A DNA stretch of 63,857 bases, counting the filler, from Reticulomyxa filosa (Eukaryota > Protista > Foraminifera), in assembly GCA_000512085.1 (NCBI GenBank). It is 13 parts of 13 records of this genome, joined end to end, with 100 filler letters (N's around TTAATTAATTAA, not from the genome) between each part and the next. Parts side by side here need not be neighbours in the genome. Positions count along the whole stretch, not along the records: positions 55,519 to 62,727 come from ASPP01002087.1; positions 62,828 to 63,857 come from ASPP01001265.1; 11 more parts are not named here. One strand, 5' to 3'. How positions within the stretch are numbered: the first letter of the stretch is position 1; each line of letters starts with the position of its first letter. Shown in pieces: positions 62,628 through 63,857 of the stretch. The notes beneath the pieces were generated by a model. The model did no database searches, had not been told where the DNA came from, and saw nothing but the letters and a program-made list of their open reading frames with translations. A program made the translations under genes and the position numbers.

Positions 62628-63857
62628 CCCGCACACATACAAAAAGAACCGAGTCAATATTACAGTAGCAACAAAAAAACAATTTATTATTATTATTATT
62701 ATTATTATTTTTTTTTTTTTTTTTTTTNNNNNNNNNNNNNNNNNNNNNNNNNNNNNNNNNNNNNNNNNNNNTTAATTAATTAANNNNNNNNNNNNNNNNN
62801 NNNNNNNNNNNNNNNNNNNNNNNNNNNGTGCATATCAATGATGTCATCTTGTTCTTTGGTGGATGAGATAATAAATTTGTTGATGTTGTTGTTTCAAAAT
62901 CAGTGCACAAGTATTCAATCAGAGAAAACAAGTGGATGGCATTTCAAAATGCTTTACCCAGTCGATTAATATATTTTATTTTAATATTGAGTAAAGAGAA
63001 CAATCATGTACACATTATTGGAGGAAGAGATGATGAAAACTAGAGTGTGTATGGGATCACTCAGTATTGGTAATGATTTGGAGATTACGAACTCGTAATT
63101 CGTGGTGGTTTGAAAATCGATAATGTTATTTATATCACATAGCCAAAAATCAATATAAGCCAATCTGTGATTATCAAATGAGTATTAAATTGCACGGACA
63201 TTGCGTAGAAAAACTCGTGAGCAATAAGAGCACAAAAACAATTACTTTATTGGTGGATCGCCAAATGAAAAAAGCATAGCTTCTGAATATGGAATAATTC
63301 GATTGTGGAGACCATTACAAAATATTATCCTATTTTTAAACTGTATTTATTCCATTCATATATCATTTAAATAAAACTAAAGTTAAGGAATTTTTATTTC
63401 ATTGACAAAAAAAGATTGCTAATTAAAAAAATGCCATTTATTGAAAACAATACAAAATATGGACAAAAGGCAAAAATTTGTAAATTTTTAAAGACAAAGT
63501 GGTCCAACTTTTTAAATCATATCATATGAATAATTGTTTCTATTGTCATTACCGTCAATATATGGATAACTGTCACATAAATAGTAGATTTAATTCTTCA
63601 AAAAAATTTCAACAAATTGAAAAAAAAAAATGCATTCATGTTTTTACTAAATAAAATAAACCAGTGACAACTCTTACTTTCTTTAAATACTTCACTTAAT
63701 ATCTCACTCTTAAACAATCTTCACCCGGAGGTACTGTTTCAAAAAACAATTGAACATCTTCTTCATTCAAATACCACACTGCTGGGTTTTCTTTGTCTTG
63801 TTTCAATCGTATTTGTATCTTCCATTTGTTCAATTCATTTTCAATACTCTTCTTTTT

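Noticed and set aside
11615-62827. Recurrent palindromic TTAATTAATTAA inside N runs as a biological repeat or CRISPR-like array
   Set aside because: These are identical 100-bp synthetic six-frame-stop linkers used to concatenate contigs. Gene adjacency across them is not evidence of linkage.
62828-63330. Possible kelch-like pseudogene on the minus strand; also degraded coding-like DNA at about 2650-3300
   Set aside because: Too many stops and no motif clear enough to support a call.

Overview
This is not one contiguous locus. It is 13 draft contigs joined by 12 identical artificial 100-bp spacers (N44-TTAATTAATTAA-N44, with stop codons in all six frames). Twelve contigs are AT-rich eukaryotic DNA with short GT-AG introns, microsatellites and many homopolymer frameshifts, probably pyrosequencing errors. 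The gene families (leader-plus-WD40 proteins, a NACHT pseudogene, a PPR protein, an RGS protein) suggest a foraminiferan such as Reticulomyxa filosa; this is inference. Recognisable eukaryotic genes are: an importin-alpha-like protein, an Iwr1/SLC7A6OS-like protein, an ankyrin-flanked RelA/SpoT-like nucleotidyltransferase, an ABC-F ATPase, a protein with about 17-18 RPEL actin-binding motifs, a giant SPRY/RanBP2-ZnF/discoidin/HECT E3 ligase, a 2OG-Fe(II) oxygenase, R3HCC1-like, U-box, NEPRO/Rmp1-like, WD40, a CAMK-like kinase, RGS, PPR-SMR, a queuosine-salvage hydrolase with a PDZ-like insert, and SPT6. One contig (48296-50150) is alphaproteobacterial and probably comes from a Rickettsiales-like symbiont: a fur pseudogene, a glycosyltransferase and a CPBP protease pseudogene, with IS-like termini near both ends. 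The most interesting candidates are the intron-containing ankyrin/RelA-SpoT-like synthetase and the poly-RPEL protein.
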